A stretch of DNA of 64,000 nucleotides, taken from NCBI GenBank assembly GCA_014905635.1, contig JABVCE010000004.1:868001-932000 (forward strand), read 5' to 3'. This document shows, piece by piece, positions 23,901-36,856 of the stretch. Within the stretch, counting starts at the first letter, position 1. Each line of letters starts with the position of its first letter. The DNA is from Scenedesmus sp. PABB004. Its lineage: Eukaryota. The notes beneath the pieces are model-generated. The model did no database searches. It was not told the DNA's origin and saw only the letters and a list, made by a program, of their open reading frames with translations. A program made the position numbers and the translations under genes.

Positions 23901-25471
23901 CGCCCGCGCTGAGCCGTGCCCGCCGCCGCCCCGCCGCCGCCGCCGCCCCGCGTCGCCGCGGTGCCTGCCAGCAGGTGTGCGGCGGCACGGTGCTGCGCTG
24001 CCTCACGGAGCACCTCGACGAGCTCGCGTCCGAGGGGTGCCGCAAGGAGGTGCACTACTTTGAGAAGATGGAGGTCTCCAACTACAACAACGACGTCCTG
24101 CTCGCGGTGCAGTGCCGCGGCGACGTCGAGCGCTTCTGCAAGGACGTCGAGCCGGGTGCGGCGCGGCGCGGCGCGCGCGGCGCGCGCGGCGCGCGCGGCG
24201 CACCCGGCGCGCGCGCGCGCGCGTCGGGCGCCGGCGTGCCGGCAGCCGACCCGCGCGCCGCCGCCGCGTGCAGGCGAGGGCCGCGTGCACGCGTGCCTGC
24301 GCGGGCACCGCAAGGAGCTGAGCGACGGCTGCCGGCGCGAGGAGATGATCCTGGAGCAGCAGGAGGCGGAGCACATCGAGCTGCGCCCCAACCTGCTCAA
24401 GGCGTGCTCCGACGAGCGCACGACCTTCTGCGCCAACGTCAAGCCCGGCTCCGCGCGCGTGTTCAGGTGCGCGCGCCGCGCGCGGGCGGGCGCGGCCCCG
24501 GCGCGCACCCGCGCCGCGCCGCGCGCTGGCGCGACGTCCGCGGCGTCCGCCGCCGCCGCCGCGCAGGTGCCTGGCGGAGAAGCTGGCGGACCCCGACTTT
24601 GGCGCCAAGTGCCGCTACGAGGTCGTGGCCAAGCTGCAGCGCCGGCAGGCCAACTGGAAGCTCGACCCGCCGCTGCGCCGCGCGTGCCGCGCCGACGTGG
24701 CCGACATGTGCAAGGCCGAGGACGGCGCGGCGACCGAGACGGGCGAGGTGTATCGCTGCTTGATCCACAACCACGACGACCTCGACCCCGGGTGCAAGCG
24801 CGAGCTCGGCCGCGCGGTGCACATGGCGTTCTTCGTCTGGACCCCGGGCGCCATCCTCACGCGCGAGTGCGACGCCGACGTCGCGGCGCTCTGCCTCAAG
24901 GACCGGCCCAACATGGACCGCACGCCCGGCGCGGTCGGCGGCTGCCTCGCAGACCTGGTGCGCCGCGCGCGGGCGCGCCGCCCTCTTGCCGCCGCCGCCG
25001 CCGCCCGCCCGCGCGCCCACGCCGCCCGTGCGCCCACGCCGCCCGCCCTCTCACGCAGCTCGAGCGCCTCGCCGCGGCGGAGGGGACCAGCCGCAAGATG
25101 GTCAAGGAGCCGGCCGGCAGCCCCGCCGCGCCGCCGGCGCTGGGCGAGGCGTGCCGCGTGCTCGCGGACGTCGCGGAGCCGCCCAACATGAAGCGCGCGT
25201 TTGACACCACGCTCTCGGTCGCGCTGCTGGAGAGCCAGCTGAGCGCGCTGGAGAGCAAGACGGGGCTGCCCCTGCTCGCGCGCGACCGGCGGGGGCGGCG
25301 CGCGGCGTGACGCTCACGGGGTGGACCGCCGTCGCGGGCATGGCCGCGCTCATCGTGCTGCTCGCCGCGGGCGGCACGTTTGCGTGGCGGCAGTACCGCG
25401 GCGTGCACGACGGCACGACCGTGGTGCTCAAGGCGCGGCCGCGCTACAACCGCGTCGCGAGCACCGACTGA
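20998..25471 (+). CDS. GLG1: Golgi apparatus protein 1-like, cysteine-rich GLG1 repeat protein, copy B; apparent 1-nt frameshift near 25293
   Basis: ATG-only first exon, signal peptide (AALAALLLLCLGAAAA), GLG1 repeats collinear with copy A, and a C-terminal TM helix (GWTAVAGMAALIVLLAAGGTFAW). Stop at 25469-25471. Confidence 0.85.
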
Positions 25472-25632
25472 CGCGGCCGGGGGCGGGCGAGGGCGCGGGG
25501 AGCGGCGGCGGCGGGGGCCGGTAATCTGGCGCAACGCCGGGACGTCCGTTGCCGCCGCCGCCGCCGCGCGCGCCGGTGCCGGCGCGCGCGCTGCGCTTCT
25601 GCAGCGCTGCGGTCGCGCGGCCGCGCCCGCCG

Positions 25633-26543
25633 TCACGACCCCGCCGCCGCCGGCTCCGCGCCGCCTGGCGGTTCGCTGGCGCCCGCTGCCGCTGCCGCGC
25701 CCGCTCCTGCGCCTGCCGCGCCGCCGCCCCCGCCGGGCGCGCCCTCTGCGCCCGCCGCCGCCGCCGCGGCTGCGGCCTCCTTGATGCGGTTGGCGCGGAA
25801 GTGCTGCCAGTAGAAGGCCTGCTGCGTGTGCAGCTCCTCCTGCAGGCCCCGCCGCGCGGCGCGGCCGTGGGCGGCGGCGGCGGCAGCGGCGTGCGGGCGG
25901 CAGGCGGCGCGCGGGCGCCGCGCACCGTCACGGCGGGCGACGCGATGGCGGTCCGGAAGTGCTCGCTCTGCAGCAGCTCCAGCATGAACAGGCAGTGCGG
26001 GAAGCTGCGGCGGCGCACGCGGGCGGGGCGGCGCGCTGGCTGCGCGGCGCTGCCGCGCCCGCCGCCGCACGGGCTGCTGCTGCTGCTGTTGCCGCTGCTG
26101 CTGCCGCTGCTGCCGCCGCCCCAGCCCCTGCCGCGCGGCTGCCGCCCGCCGCGCCGCACCGTATGTAGGTCGCGTACGCGGGCTGCCGGAAGTACTCCAG
26201 GTACCGCAGGTAGTGCAGGAACGCCTCGTCCTGGAAGTAGCCGTTCTGGGCCAGCCCTGCGCGGCGCACGCGGCGGCGGGCGCGGCGTCGCCGGCGGCCG
26301 GCGCGGGCAGCGGGCGCGCGCAGTCTGCACTGCACGCCGCGCGGCGCACAGTTGAGGTAGTGCGGGTTGGCGAGGCACTGCACGAACTCCAGCTCCAGCA
26401 CGAAGCGCGCCTGCTCGTTCACGCCCGTCTGGGCCATCACGTTGCTGCGCGCGGGCGGGCGGGCGTGTCGCAGCAGCGGCGGCGGTCGCGCGCCGCGGGC
26501 GGGCCGCGCGGCGTGCCGCTCGCCTCGCCGACGCCTCCGCCAT
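25633..26543 (-). CDS. MED31: Mediator of RNA polymerase II transcription subunit 31 (SOH1)
   Basis: RFVLELEFVQCLANPHYLN, LAQNGYFQDEAFLHYLRYLEYFRQPAYATYI and FPHCLFMLELLQSEHFR. Confidence 0.95.
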
Positions 26544-26878
26544 GGCGAGAGCAGCAGGCTCCGCACGCACGGGCGTGCGATGAGCTTGCGTCTGCTGCTC
26601 GCAGGGGCCTTCGGGGCGCGCCCCGCTGCTGCTGCTGCTGCGCCGGGCGGCGCGGGGGCCAATCGCAGAGAGCAGGGCGATCGGGCTGCGGTCTTGCTGG
26701 TCGAGTGCGGGGTCTCCGGGCGCCTTGGCGAGAGGCGAGCTTCCCCCGACACGCCGTCGCGCGCCGCGAACCGCAGCGTCAAACGACGAGCTCGCCTTTG
26801 CTCACCTGCCTTGCTCCCCAGGCGCTGCAGCCACAGTCCCCCCTCTCCCCCAGGACACCAGCCACAGATCTGCGTGCC

Positions 26879-27785
26879 ATGGGCCGCGCGCGGCGGCGCA
26901 GCAGCAGCAGCGACGCCAGCAGCAGCGGCAGCAGCGACGCCAGCAGCAGCAGCTCGGACGATGACGGCCGCCCCCGGCTGGACGCCGGTCGCTACGCCGC
27001 CGCCGGCATGGCCGACGGCCTGCGCAGCCGGTGCGGCAGGCCACGGCGCATGTGACGGCGGCGGCAGCGCATGCGCCCGCGCGACGGTCGAGCAGGCGGG
27101 CGGCGCCGCGTCGCGTACACTACGCCGCCGCCCGCCGCGGGTGCGCGCGCAGGCAGTTTCGCCTGGAGGCGCTGCGGGAGCTGCGCGAGGTGGTGGCGGC
27201 GGGCTACGCGGCCGCCCCGAAGCGCCTGCAGGCGGCGGTGTTTGACGACCTGCTGCTCGCGGTTGGCCAGCCCGACGGCCGGCCGGCGGTGGCCGAGGAG
27301 TTGGCGTCGCTCGTCGCCGCAGCGCGGCGCGTGCTGCCGCAGGCGCGGCGCCAGGCGCTGCAGAAGCAGCAGCGCGCGGCGGGCGTGGCGGCGACGCGCG
27401 CCGCGCGCCGGGGCGGCGGCGGCGCAGACGGCGGCGGCGGCGGCGACGGGGACGGAGAGGAGGACGGCGGCGTGGTGGTGCTGGGCGACGTGCCGCTCGA
27501 GGTCGTCGCCGGCATCCTGCAAGCGCTCGACCCGGCCTCGCTCGCGGCGGCGGCGTGCGTCTGCAGGCGCGTGCGCCGCGCGCGGCTCTCGTCGCGACCG
27601 CCGGCCGCGCACGGGCGGCCGCGCGCTCGCGCGACGACCGGCGCCGCGCTGCGACCCCGCCGCAGGAGCTGGCGGGAGCTTGCGGCCGGCGACGAGCTGT
27701 GGCTGCCGCACCTGCAGCTGGTGTTTCCGGGGCGGGCGGCGCAGTCGCGCCGGCGGCGGCAGCAGATGCAGCAGCAGCAGCAGCT

Positions 27786-27823
<38 letters not shown>

Positions 27824-28218
27824 GCGGCGCAGGCCCGCCACCAGCGCCGCCGGCGCGCGCGCAGTTCAGTGCGGCCGCGGAGCGCCACCCCGCGGCGCTG
27901 CTGCCGTGGCGGTCGTGCCGCGTGCTGGCGCGGGGGCGGCTTGCCTGGGCGGCGCCGGGGTCGCTCGCGGCCGCCGCCGCGCCAGCCGCGCGCGCGGCGC
28001 GGCGGGGCGTGGTCCCGGCGGCGCCGCTGTGCGTCTCGACGGCGCAGGCCGTGCGGCACCTGCTCGGCGCCGCGTGGCGCGACGTCGTGCGGTGCCCCGG
28101 CGGCAGCAGCGATGACGCCAGCAGCGGCGGCGGCAGCAGCAGCAGCAGCGACGGCCAGGAGAGCCACGCCGCGACGCAGCGCCTGCGGCTGTGGGCCATC
28201 CGGACCGGCGGCGGGTGA
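26879..28218 (+). CDS. F-box protein; N-terminus resembles the plant At5g52880-type family (from recall)
   Basis: F-box motif LGDVPLEVVAGILQALDPASLAAAACVCR|SWRELAAGDELW, an N-terminal RELREVVAAGYAAAPKRLQAAVFDD segment, and a polyQ tract at about 27770-27822. Confidence 0.75.
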
Positions 28219-28275
28219 GGCAGGCGGGGGAGCGGGAGCGCTGGCTGCCGAGCGGGCGGTGCTGCGCGTGCTGTG

Positions 28276-28280
28276 TGTAA
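28276..28280 (+). promoter_or_regulatory. Candidate TGTAA polyadenylation signal of the F-box gene
   Basis: TGTAA, the chlorophyte poly(A) signal, lies about 58 nt after the stop. Confidence 0.5.
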
Positions 28281-28753
28281 CGCATCAGCAGTTAAAATCC
28301 TGGCGGCGAGGCATGCAGTCGCAAAGGGAGACCTCGAATCGCGCGCGCCTGCTGGATCAGCGGCGCGGCCGGCGGGGCCGCGCGCGCATCAACAAGCAGA
28401 GAGCGCGTGGTTGTGTACACGGCATGACAAGGAACACAGCGCAGTGCGTACGCTGCTGCCGCTGCGGGCGCAGCCGCGCTGCCAGCCTGGCCAAGGGCTC
28501 CACCTCCTGGCGGTGCTCTCACTTCCAGCACCAAGGCTGCGCGGGACCCAGGCCGCGCGGCGCGCTGCCTTCATGCCGCCGCCGTCGGCCGGCACACATG
28601 CACGCGCGGCGGCGCCAAAACCACGGCGGCGCAGCCGCCGCCCCTAGTTGCCCCCACACGACACGACCACCAAACGCGCGCACGCCACCAAACGCGGGCG
28701 CGGGCGGAGCGCCCCGCGGGCGGGCGCTGCCGCGGTCCTAGATCGTACAGCGC

Positions 28754-31221
28754 TCACTGTGCCGACTCGGGCAGCGAGCGCACCGAGAGGTCGCGCAGCA
28801 GGCTCTTCTTGGCGCCCGCGCCGCGCGGGCTGCCGGGCGCGCCCGCGCCGGCGCCGGCGCCGCCGGCCGCGGGCGTGAGCAGGCTCGCGAGCCCGCCGCC
28901 CGCGCCGCCCGCGCCGCCGGCGCGGCGCGCGGCGAGGGCGTCGAGGTCGTACCGCGCCCGGATGCTCGCGGCGATCACGCTCGGCGCCGGCGCCCCCGGC
29001 GCGGGCGCGGGGAAGTCGGCGCTGAAGTGCAGGCCGCGGCTCTCGCGGCGCTGCAGCGCGCAGCTCACGATGAGCTCCGCGACGGTCACCAGGTTGAGCA
29101 GCTCCACGAGCGGCGTGCTCACGCCGCAGCTGGACGCGAGGGACTTGACCTCAACGTACGCGGCGGCGAGCTCCGCCTGCGCCGCCTGCAGCGCCGCCGT
29201 GCGGCGCACGATGCCCGCGGCCTCCCACATCAGGCGCCGCACCTCGCCGCGCTTCGCGGCGACCCACGCCGCCGCCGCGGCGGGCAGCGGGCGCGGCGCG
29301 CGCGCGCCGCTGAAGTCGGCGGCCGCCGCCGCGGCGCGCAGGTGCGGCGCGCACGCGCGGGCCGCGTACTCGGCGTGCGCGACCGCCGGCCCCGCCGCGC
29401 GGTCGGCAAAGACCAGGCCCTCGAGGAGCGAGTTGGAGGCGAGCCGGTTGGCGCCGTGCAGGCCGCTGCACGAGACCTCGCCGCACGCAAACAGGCCCTG
29501 CACGCTCGTCTCGCCGCGCAGGCCCGCGACGACGCCGCCGCACATGTAGTGCTGCGCCGGCAGCACGGGGATGGGCTCCGCCGCGATGTCGATGCCCGCC
29601 GCGGCGCAGCGCTTGGCGATGTTTGGGAAGTGGGCCAGCACCTCGGAGCGGGGCTTGTGGCTGATGTCGAGCAGCACGTGCGGCTCGCGCCGGCTCTGCA
29701 TCTGGTCGGTGATCGCGCGCGCGACGACGTCGCGCGGCGCCAGCTCCAGGCGGTCGTCGTAGCCCGCCATGAACCGCTCGCCTGGCAGGCGCGGAGTGGG
29801 CGGGGCGGGCGCGGGCGCGAGGGAGGGGGTGAGAAGGGTGCGGGAAGGGCGGGAGGGGGGCGCGCGCGCCTGGCGCTGCCGGCGCGCCGCGCCGCCGCCC
29901 GCGCCGCGCGCGCTGCACGCTGCGGGGCGCGCACCGTCGAGGTTGGTCAGCCGCCCGCCCTCGCCGCGCAGCGCCTCGGTGATGAGGAACGTGCGCTCCG
30001 CGCCCGCGCGGCCGCCGGCCTCGGGCGGCGCGTAGAGCGCGGTCGGGTGGAACTGCACAAACTCCATGTTGGCCATCGCCGCGCCCGCGCGGTAGGCCAT
30101 GGCCATGCCGTCGCCCGTCGCGACGTGCGGGTTGGTCGTGGACGGGTACACCTGGCCTGCGCCGCCGGTCGCGAGCATCGTGGCGAGGCCCAGGAAGCGC
30201 ACGGCCGTGCCGGAGGCCTGGTCGAGCACGTCGGCGCCGAGGCAGTGCGGCGCGCCGCCGACCTCGTCGACGACCAGCTCGGTCGCGAGGTGGTGCTCGT
30301 GGAAGGTGATGCGCGGGTGGCGCCGCGCGGTCGCGAGCAGCGCGCGCTCGATCTCCGCGCCCGTGAGGTCGGCGGCGTGCACGATGCGGCGGTTGGAGTG
30401 CCCGCCCTCGCGCGTGAGGTGCAGGCTGCCGTCGGCGTTGCGCGTGAAGTCGGCGCCGAGCTTGACCAGCTCCAGCACGCGCGCGGGGCCCTCGCGGCAG
30501 ACCACCTCGACCGCGCTGCGCGGCGGGGCGGGACGGCGCGCGCGCGGCGGCGGGCGGGTGAGCGCGGACCGCGGGCGGCAGCGCGGGCGGCGGGCGCCGC
30601 GCGGCTGGCGCCCGCTGACGCTGCCTGCCGCTCCCTGCCGCCGCCCGCCCGCCGCCGCCCGCGTGCCGCCGCGGCGCACTTGCGATCGTTGAGGAAGGCG
30701 CCGGCGACGATCGTGTCCTCCACGTGCGCCTCAACGCTGTCGCTCGCGTCGAGCACCGCGCACACGCCGCCCTGCGCGTACTGGGTGCAGCCCTCGCCCG
30801 CGTAGTCCTTGGTGATCACCGCGACGGAGCCGTACTCCGCGACCTTGAGCGCGTAGGAGAGGCCCGCGATGCCGCTGCCGAGGACGAGGAAGTCAAAGTG
30901 CACGGCGGCGCCGCCGGCGGCGCTGCCGGCGCTGCGGCCGGCGGCGCTGCTGCTGCCGCCGGCGCGCCCGGCGCTGCCGGGGCTGCCCGCCGAGCCGTCG
31001 CGGCGCGGCCGCCGGAGCGAGTCGCCGCCGGCGCGCGCGGCCACAGCGCGGCGCGGCGGGCGCGGGCAGCTACTGCGCCCGGCGCCCGGCGCTGGCGCGG
31101 CGCGGGGCGCGGGGCCGGCCCGGGCGGCGCGTGGCGCGCCGCGGGGGCCCGGGGCTGGCGCGGGGCATGCCCACGCGGCGGCGCGGGGCGCGGCGAGGGT
31201 GGCGCGGGCTGCGTGCACCAT
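28754..31221 (-). CDS. nadB: L-aspartate oxidase with transit-peptide-like N-terminus, 3 exons
   Basis: FDFLVLGSGIAGL, YAQGGV, TREGGHSNRRIVHAADLTG, MEFVQFHPT, ELAPRDVVAR, HYMCGG, GLHGANRLASNSLLEGL and RRESRGLHF. Confidence 0.96.
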
Positions 31222-31539
31222 GGGGCTGATGGCGGGCGGTGCTGCTCGCGGGCGCTAGGGCTAGGTCGCGGCGCGCGTCACGCGGCGTTCGCAAGGCTGA
31301 ACGGGTACTTCTTGTTGTAGGTCCAGCTGCTCTTGGCGCGCCGGCGCGCCATTGCGGCCTGGAGCGAGAGGCTGCTAGGCGCGCGCGGCCATGCGCGCGA
31401 GAGCTTGGGCGGCTGCGCGAGCTGGCGTGGGTGTGGCGGGTCGGCGTTGTGGCGCGGCGGGAGGCGGGGCGCGGACCCTCGAAATATCAGCGTCGCCCCG
31501 GCCGGCGCCCGCGCGCCTGCTGCCGCGCGCCCGCCGCTC

Positions 31540-32145
31540 ACCGTCGGCGTCGCGCGCGCGCACGACGGCCGCCTCGGCGCAGATGAGCACGTCCGGGGCG
31601 TACACGGCGTGGCCGAGCATGCTGACGGCCCAAACACGCGCGCCCCGCTGCCGGTCTGCGCCTGCAGCACGCTGAAGTGTTCGCGCTCCACCCACAGCGC
31701 GCAGGGCGCCGTCACCTCGCGCGTGGCGGCGACCTCGGCGGGGCTGGGCATGGCGTTGGGCGGGAAGTGGACCGCCGCGGTGACGCGCTCGTCGGCGTGG
31801 CGCACGACCATGACCGGCTCGCCGAGCAGCGCCGCCGCGGCGATGCCGACCGCCTCGTCGGTGAGCATCTCGCCGTTGCTCGCTGACGAGATCGCGCCGG
31901 TGAGGAGCTTGAGCAGCCCGCTGTCCGGCTCGGCCTGTGGCGCACGCACAACAGCGGCGGCGGCGGGCAGTGTGTGCAAGCGCGGCGGGCCTTGCAGCGA
32001 GCGCGAGCGCGAGCGCGCGGCCGGCGCAGGCCTCGCCGCGCCGCGCCGAGCTGCCCGCGCGCGGCGGCGCCGCACCTGCTCTTTGCAGAGCCGCCAGACC
32101 CCGACCATCAGCGCGAGCAGCTGCTCGACGGCGGCCTCGAACGCA
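31540..32145 (-). pseudogene. Coding-like fragment, possibly the C-terminal half of an OTU-like domain
   Basis: Two spliceable exons: FEAAVEQLLALMVGVWRLCKEQ|AEPDSGLLKLL...GEMLTDEAVGIAAAALLGEPVMVV...CALWVEREHFSVL. I found no clean start or stop. Confidence 0.35.
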
Positions 32146-33162
32146 GCCCCGCGCCGCGTGGGCGGTCGCGGGCCTTCGGCCCGCCCCCGCTGAGCGACGC
32201 CCCCGCCCGCGCCCGCCGGCGGCCGCAGGGTTGACTGCAGGACTTGGCGCCACGCCCGCGCGGGGGCGGCCGGCAACGCGCCGCGCCGCAGCCGCGCCCG
32301 GGGCATGGTCGAGGCTCTCATCGCCCGACGGGGATCGACGAGAACATGTTGGGGCTGGAGGTGCGCGCCGGACGCGGGCCGCCCTGCAGCAGCGCCCGCA
32401 CCGCGCTGTCCCTCACCACCCCGCACGCCTGTCCGCGCGCCCGCAGGCCCGCCCCGCCCCGCCCAAACCTTGAACACACGGTGCCCCTGAGGGGAACCCA
32501 CCGTTGGTGGCGCCCCTTGCTTGCAAGGGATCAGCGCTAGCGTTTGTCCGGTCGCTGACAGACCCTGTAACGCGAGGGTCCGGTCCGCCCTGCCCGCCAC
32601 GTGAGCGCTGAGCGCTGTGGCGACCTCCGCTGCCAGCGCGCGTGGACGGCGGTTGGCGGCGATGGGAGCGGGCAATCTCGATCGACCTTGGAGCTCCTCC
32701 CGCGCGACGCGCCGGCCCCAGCTGTCCGGCGCGCGCGACCGTCTGCTGCGCGGCGCACGCCGTCGCTGGCAGCACGGGCGCGGCTGGCGGCGTCACCGCC
32801 GCTGCAGCGCCCGCACGCGCGCGCTCGCGTCGCGCCACCCCGCGCCCGTGCGCCACCTCAAGGCATGTTTCAGTCCCTGCACACCACGCAGCACTGCTAA
32901 TCTCACTGCTAAGCTCACGCGGCGCACACGCGCGCGCCAGGGGGGGGGGTCAACGCAGTCCTGCGAGCTGCATGGTCAATGTCGCAGGCACCCGGCACCC
33001 GTCGCGCGATCCTTCTCCTCCAAGCATCAATATTGGGGACGCTGCTGCTGCTTGCTGCTTCTTCGCCCGCCCGCGCCTACCTGCCCCGGCGGCAGCTCAG
33101 CCCCCGCCCAGCCGCCCAAGGAAGCCCGCTCGCTCTCTCGGCCGCACGCGCCGCCCGCCGCC

Positions 33163-36100
33163 TCACGCGTCGTCGTTGCGCAGGCTGCCCGCCGGCGTGG
33201 GCAGCCGGGTCAGGCTGTCCAGCGGCTTGGACAGCAGCCGCGACAGCGTGCGCTGCGGCGCGCCCGCGCCCGACGCGACGTCGGCCATCGCCGCCGGGCG
33301 GTAGCTCAGGCTCTGCCCCAACCGCGACGACAGGCTCATGCCCAGCCCCCGCGCATTGTCCGGCGGCGGCGCGCCCGCGTAGCGCGGCGGCGCCTCGCCC
33401 GCCGGCGCGCCCGCCGGCGGCAGCGCGTCGTCCGCGAGCGCCGCGTGCAGGCTGCCCGCCGCGGGGATGCGCGCAAACGCGGCGGCCGCGCGGTGGATGC
33501 CCGCCGCGAGCGCGGCGTCGCCGTGCGCCGCGTCGGCGTCGTCGTCCTCGTCGGCGGCGGCAGCAGCGGCGGCGCTGGCCGAGCGCTGCACCGGCAGCAC
33601 TGAGCGGCTGGGGATGAAGCGGAACTCGCTGTCCTCCAGGCCCTGCGCGCGGGCGGGCGGGACGGCGTCAGCCCCGCGGCGGGCGCGCGCCGCGCACGGC
33701 CGCGGCCGCCGGCCGGCCGCGCCGCGGCGCCGTGCAAGCCGCGCGCGCAGCGCCGCGGCCAGCCCCAGCCCGGACCTTGAGGTTTGACATGCCAAACACG
33801 ATGCGGTACATGCCGGCAATGTTGGTGTGGATGTAGCGCAGCCAGCCGCCGTTGCGGATCGTCCACGTCACCGTGTAGTGCCCGCTCCCTGGCGGGCGCG
33901 TGCGCGGCGCGTACGCGCGCGCGCGCACGTGGGCGGCCCGCCGCGCCGCCGTGCCGCGGCCCACGCCGCGCCGCGCCACGCCGCGGCCGCCTGCGCCACG
34001 CGGGCCGCGGCGCCGCGCTGCGCGGCCGTGCGCCCCGCGCGCGCGCGCACCCGCGTCGCCGGCGTCGAGCGCTGCCTCGAGGGCGAGCAGGTTGCGGCTG
34101 TGGAAGAACATGTTGCGGTCGGTCTTGGTGCTGTTTTGGATCTCCCACGCGAGGTGCCCGTACTTGAGCCGCCGCGCCGTCTTGTGCTGCCCGAGCGCCT
34201 CGAGCACGCGCACCGCCGCCCACACCTGCGACCGCGCGCGCGCGCCGCCAGCCGCGTCGGCGCGCCGCGCGCCGCGCGCCGCGCGCGCTCCCGGCAGCAG
34301 CAGCGCCGCGCGCGCGCGCCGCCCGCGTCGACTGCAAGGCGCGCCTTCCAGCTGGTCCAGTACTTGCAGCGCTTGACCGCCGCCTCGCTGGGCCGGTAGT
34401 CCATGGGCAGCGTGAACAGGCCGCCGCCGGGCAGGCGGAAGGGCGGCGGGTTGTCGCGCACAAAGTCGAGCCCCGCGTGGAACGCCTCCGCAAAGCTGAT
34501 GGGGTAGGTCGTCGACGTGCCTGCGCCGCACGCCGCCGCGGCGACGCGCGTGTCGACGGGGGACGGGGCGCGTGGGCGGGCGCGGCGCGGAGAGGCGGCG
34601 CGGGCGCGCGCGCGGGCGCGGGAGGCGGCGGCGCGGGGGCTGCGCAGCGCGCGGCGGCGCGCACCCGCGTGCACGACGAGCGGGTCGCCCGGGCGCGCGT
34701 TGGCGTACTGGTTGACCGCCACGCGCGCGGCCGTCGCGGCGGCGGTCGCGAGGATCGCGCTGCACACGACGTCGCCCGGCACCGCGTCCCACACTGCGAC
34801 GCCGCGGCGGCAGAGGCGGCCGCGGCGGCTCGGGCGCGGGCGCGCCGCCGCGCCGGCGTGCGGGGGCCTGGCCGCCGGGCAGCCCGCGCGCTGCCAGGGC
34901 GTGCCCGCCGGCGCGCCGCACACCGTGCGTGGGCACCATGGCCACGCTCTCGAGCCGGTCAAAGAGCCCCACCGCCATCGCGACGCCCATGCCCACGGGG
35001 CCGGCCAAGTTGCCGCAGTACCCGGGGTAGCTGCGGAGGGAGGGAGGGAGGGAGGCAGGGAGGCAGGGAGGGGCAGCAGGGCGGTGAGCGGGCGGCGAGC
35101 GGGGCGGGGCGGACGCAAAGGCGGGGCGGCCCGCAGGCGAGCGGCGCGCGCGCTCACGGCGCGCCCGCCAGGCCGGTGACGAGCGCGGGGCGCACGATGG
35201 CGATGGGCAGGCCGTGGTCTGCCGCGTAGCTGGCCACGAGCTTCTCGCTCAGGTTCTTGCCCTGCGCCGCGCAGGCGGGCAGGTGAGCGGGCGGGGGCGG
35301 GGCAGGTGAACGGGCGCGCGGCGCGGGCGCCTGCGGGGCGTGCGCGGGCGTCAGGCGGCGGCGGCGGCGCACCATGGTGTAGGTGTTTGGGAAGCCCCAC
35401 ATGTCGAGGTACATCTGACAAGGGGGTGGGGGGGGGGGGGGCGGCGGCAGCGGGCACGCGGCGGACGCGGCGGCAGGGACGGCGGCAGGGGGCGTGGGCG
35501 GGGGCATCAGGGGCGGCCGCGCGCGCGTCGCGCGGGGGCCTCGCGGGCGGCGGCGGCGCGTGGCGCGTGGCGGCGTAGGGCGCGCCCTCCTCGCACCTGC
35601 GCGCGGATGTTGGCGGGCTGGCGCTCCAGGCTCATCAGGTCATCCACGACGTCCGCGTGGCTCACCTCCTGCCGGCGGCGTGCCGCGCGCGGCGGCAGCG
35701 GCGGCGGCGTGAGCTGCGCGGCGGCGCCCCGCCTGCCGCGGGCGCTGGCGCGCCGGCGCGGCGCGGCCCCGCCTGGGCGCCGACGGGCGACGCCTCGCCG
35801 CGCGCCGCGCTGCGCCGCGCGCGCCGTGCCTGCAGGCCGACCGTGAGCGGATAGATGACCTCATCCACGGCCGCGCCGCGCGGGTGGTTCACGTTGACGT
35901 ACGCTGCAGCACGGCGCGCGGGAGCGTGGGAGCGTGAGCGGAAGGGCGCGGGCGGGTGGTGGCGGGTGGTGGGTGAGGGCGGGCGCCCCGGGGGGAGGGC
36001 GGGCGCCGCGGGGGGAGAGGGGGCGCCGCGGGTGCTGCGCACCCGTGGAGACGTGCACGAAGCTGACCAGGCGGGTCATGGTGCGCGCGAGCGCGAGCAG

Positions 36101-36856
36101 GCGGCGCGTGCCGATGTAGTTGCTGCGCAGCGTGTGCTGCACGTCGGCCTCGAGCTCGATGCTCGCCGCGGAGTGCACCACAAACTGCACGCCGCCCTGA
36201 ACCTTGGCCAGGTCGGCCGCGCTCAGGCCCAGGCCGTCGCTGTTCATGTCGCCCTCCAGCAGCTCCACCTGGCGGCGGAGGCGGGCGGCGCGGGCGGCGC
36301 GGCACGCGTCGGCCGCTGCCGCGCGGGCCGGCGCCGGCAGCGCGGGGACCGCCCGCCGGCTCCGCGGCGCGGCGCGGCGCACCTTGGCGAGCAGGCGGGG
36401 GCTGTCGCGCACGAGGTGGAACAGCCCGCTCTGCAGCAGGCGCGCGAGCCGCTCGCGCGCGCTCATGCCGCGCTTGCCGCGGATGAGGACGTAGACCTTG
36501 CCCACGTCCGTCGTGCGCAGCAGGCTCTCGATGAGCAGGCTGCCGATGTAGCCGGAGCCGCCTTTGGGTCGCGCGGCAGCGGCAGCGGCGGCGGCGCGCG
36601 TGCCGGCTCAGCGGCGCCGCTGATCGCGCCGCGGAGCAGCCAACCGCTGGAGTGTGCCGTGGCAGCGCGACACGCGTGCGCGTCGGCCCGGGCGCGCGGC
36701 GCGCTGGCACGGGAGCAAAGTGCCGGGCGCGCGCGCTGCCGCGCCTGTGATCATGACCGTGGCGCCGGCAAACTCGCGCTTGATGCTGTAAGTCGCCGCG
36801 GCCCCGCCGCCGTGCGCGCCAGCCGCGAACGGGCCCTCGTCAGCCGGCTGCGCCAT
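33163..36856 (-). CDS. FAR: Fatty acyl-CoA reductase (male-sterility/NAD_binding_4 family)
   Basis: TG|GSGYIGSLLIESLLR, VYVLIRGKRG, VVHSAASI, FVHVST|AYVN, catalytic PNTYTM|GK and IAIVRPALV. An alternative ATG lies at 36877. Stop at 33163. Confidence 0.92.
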
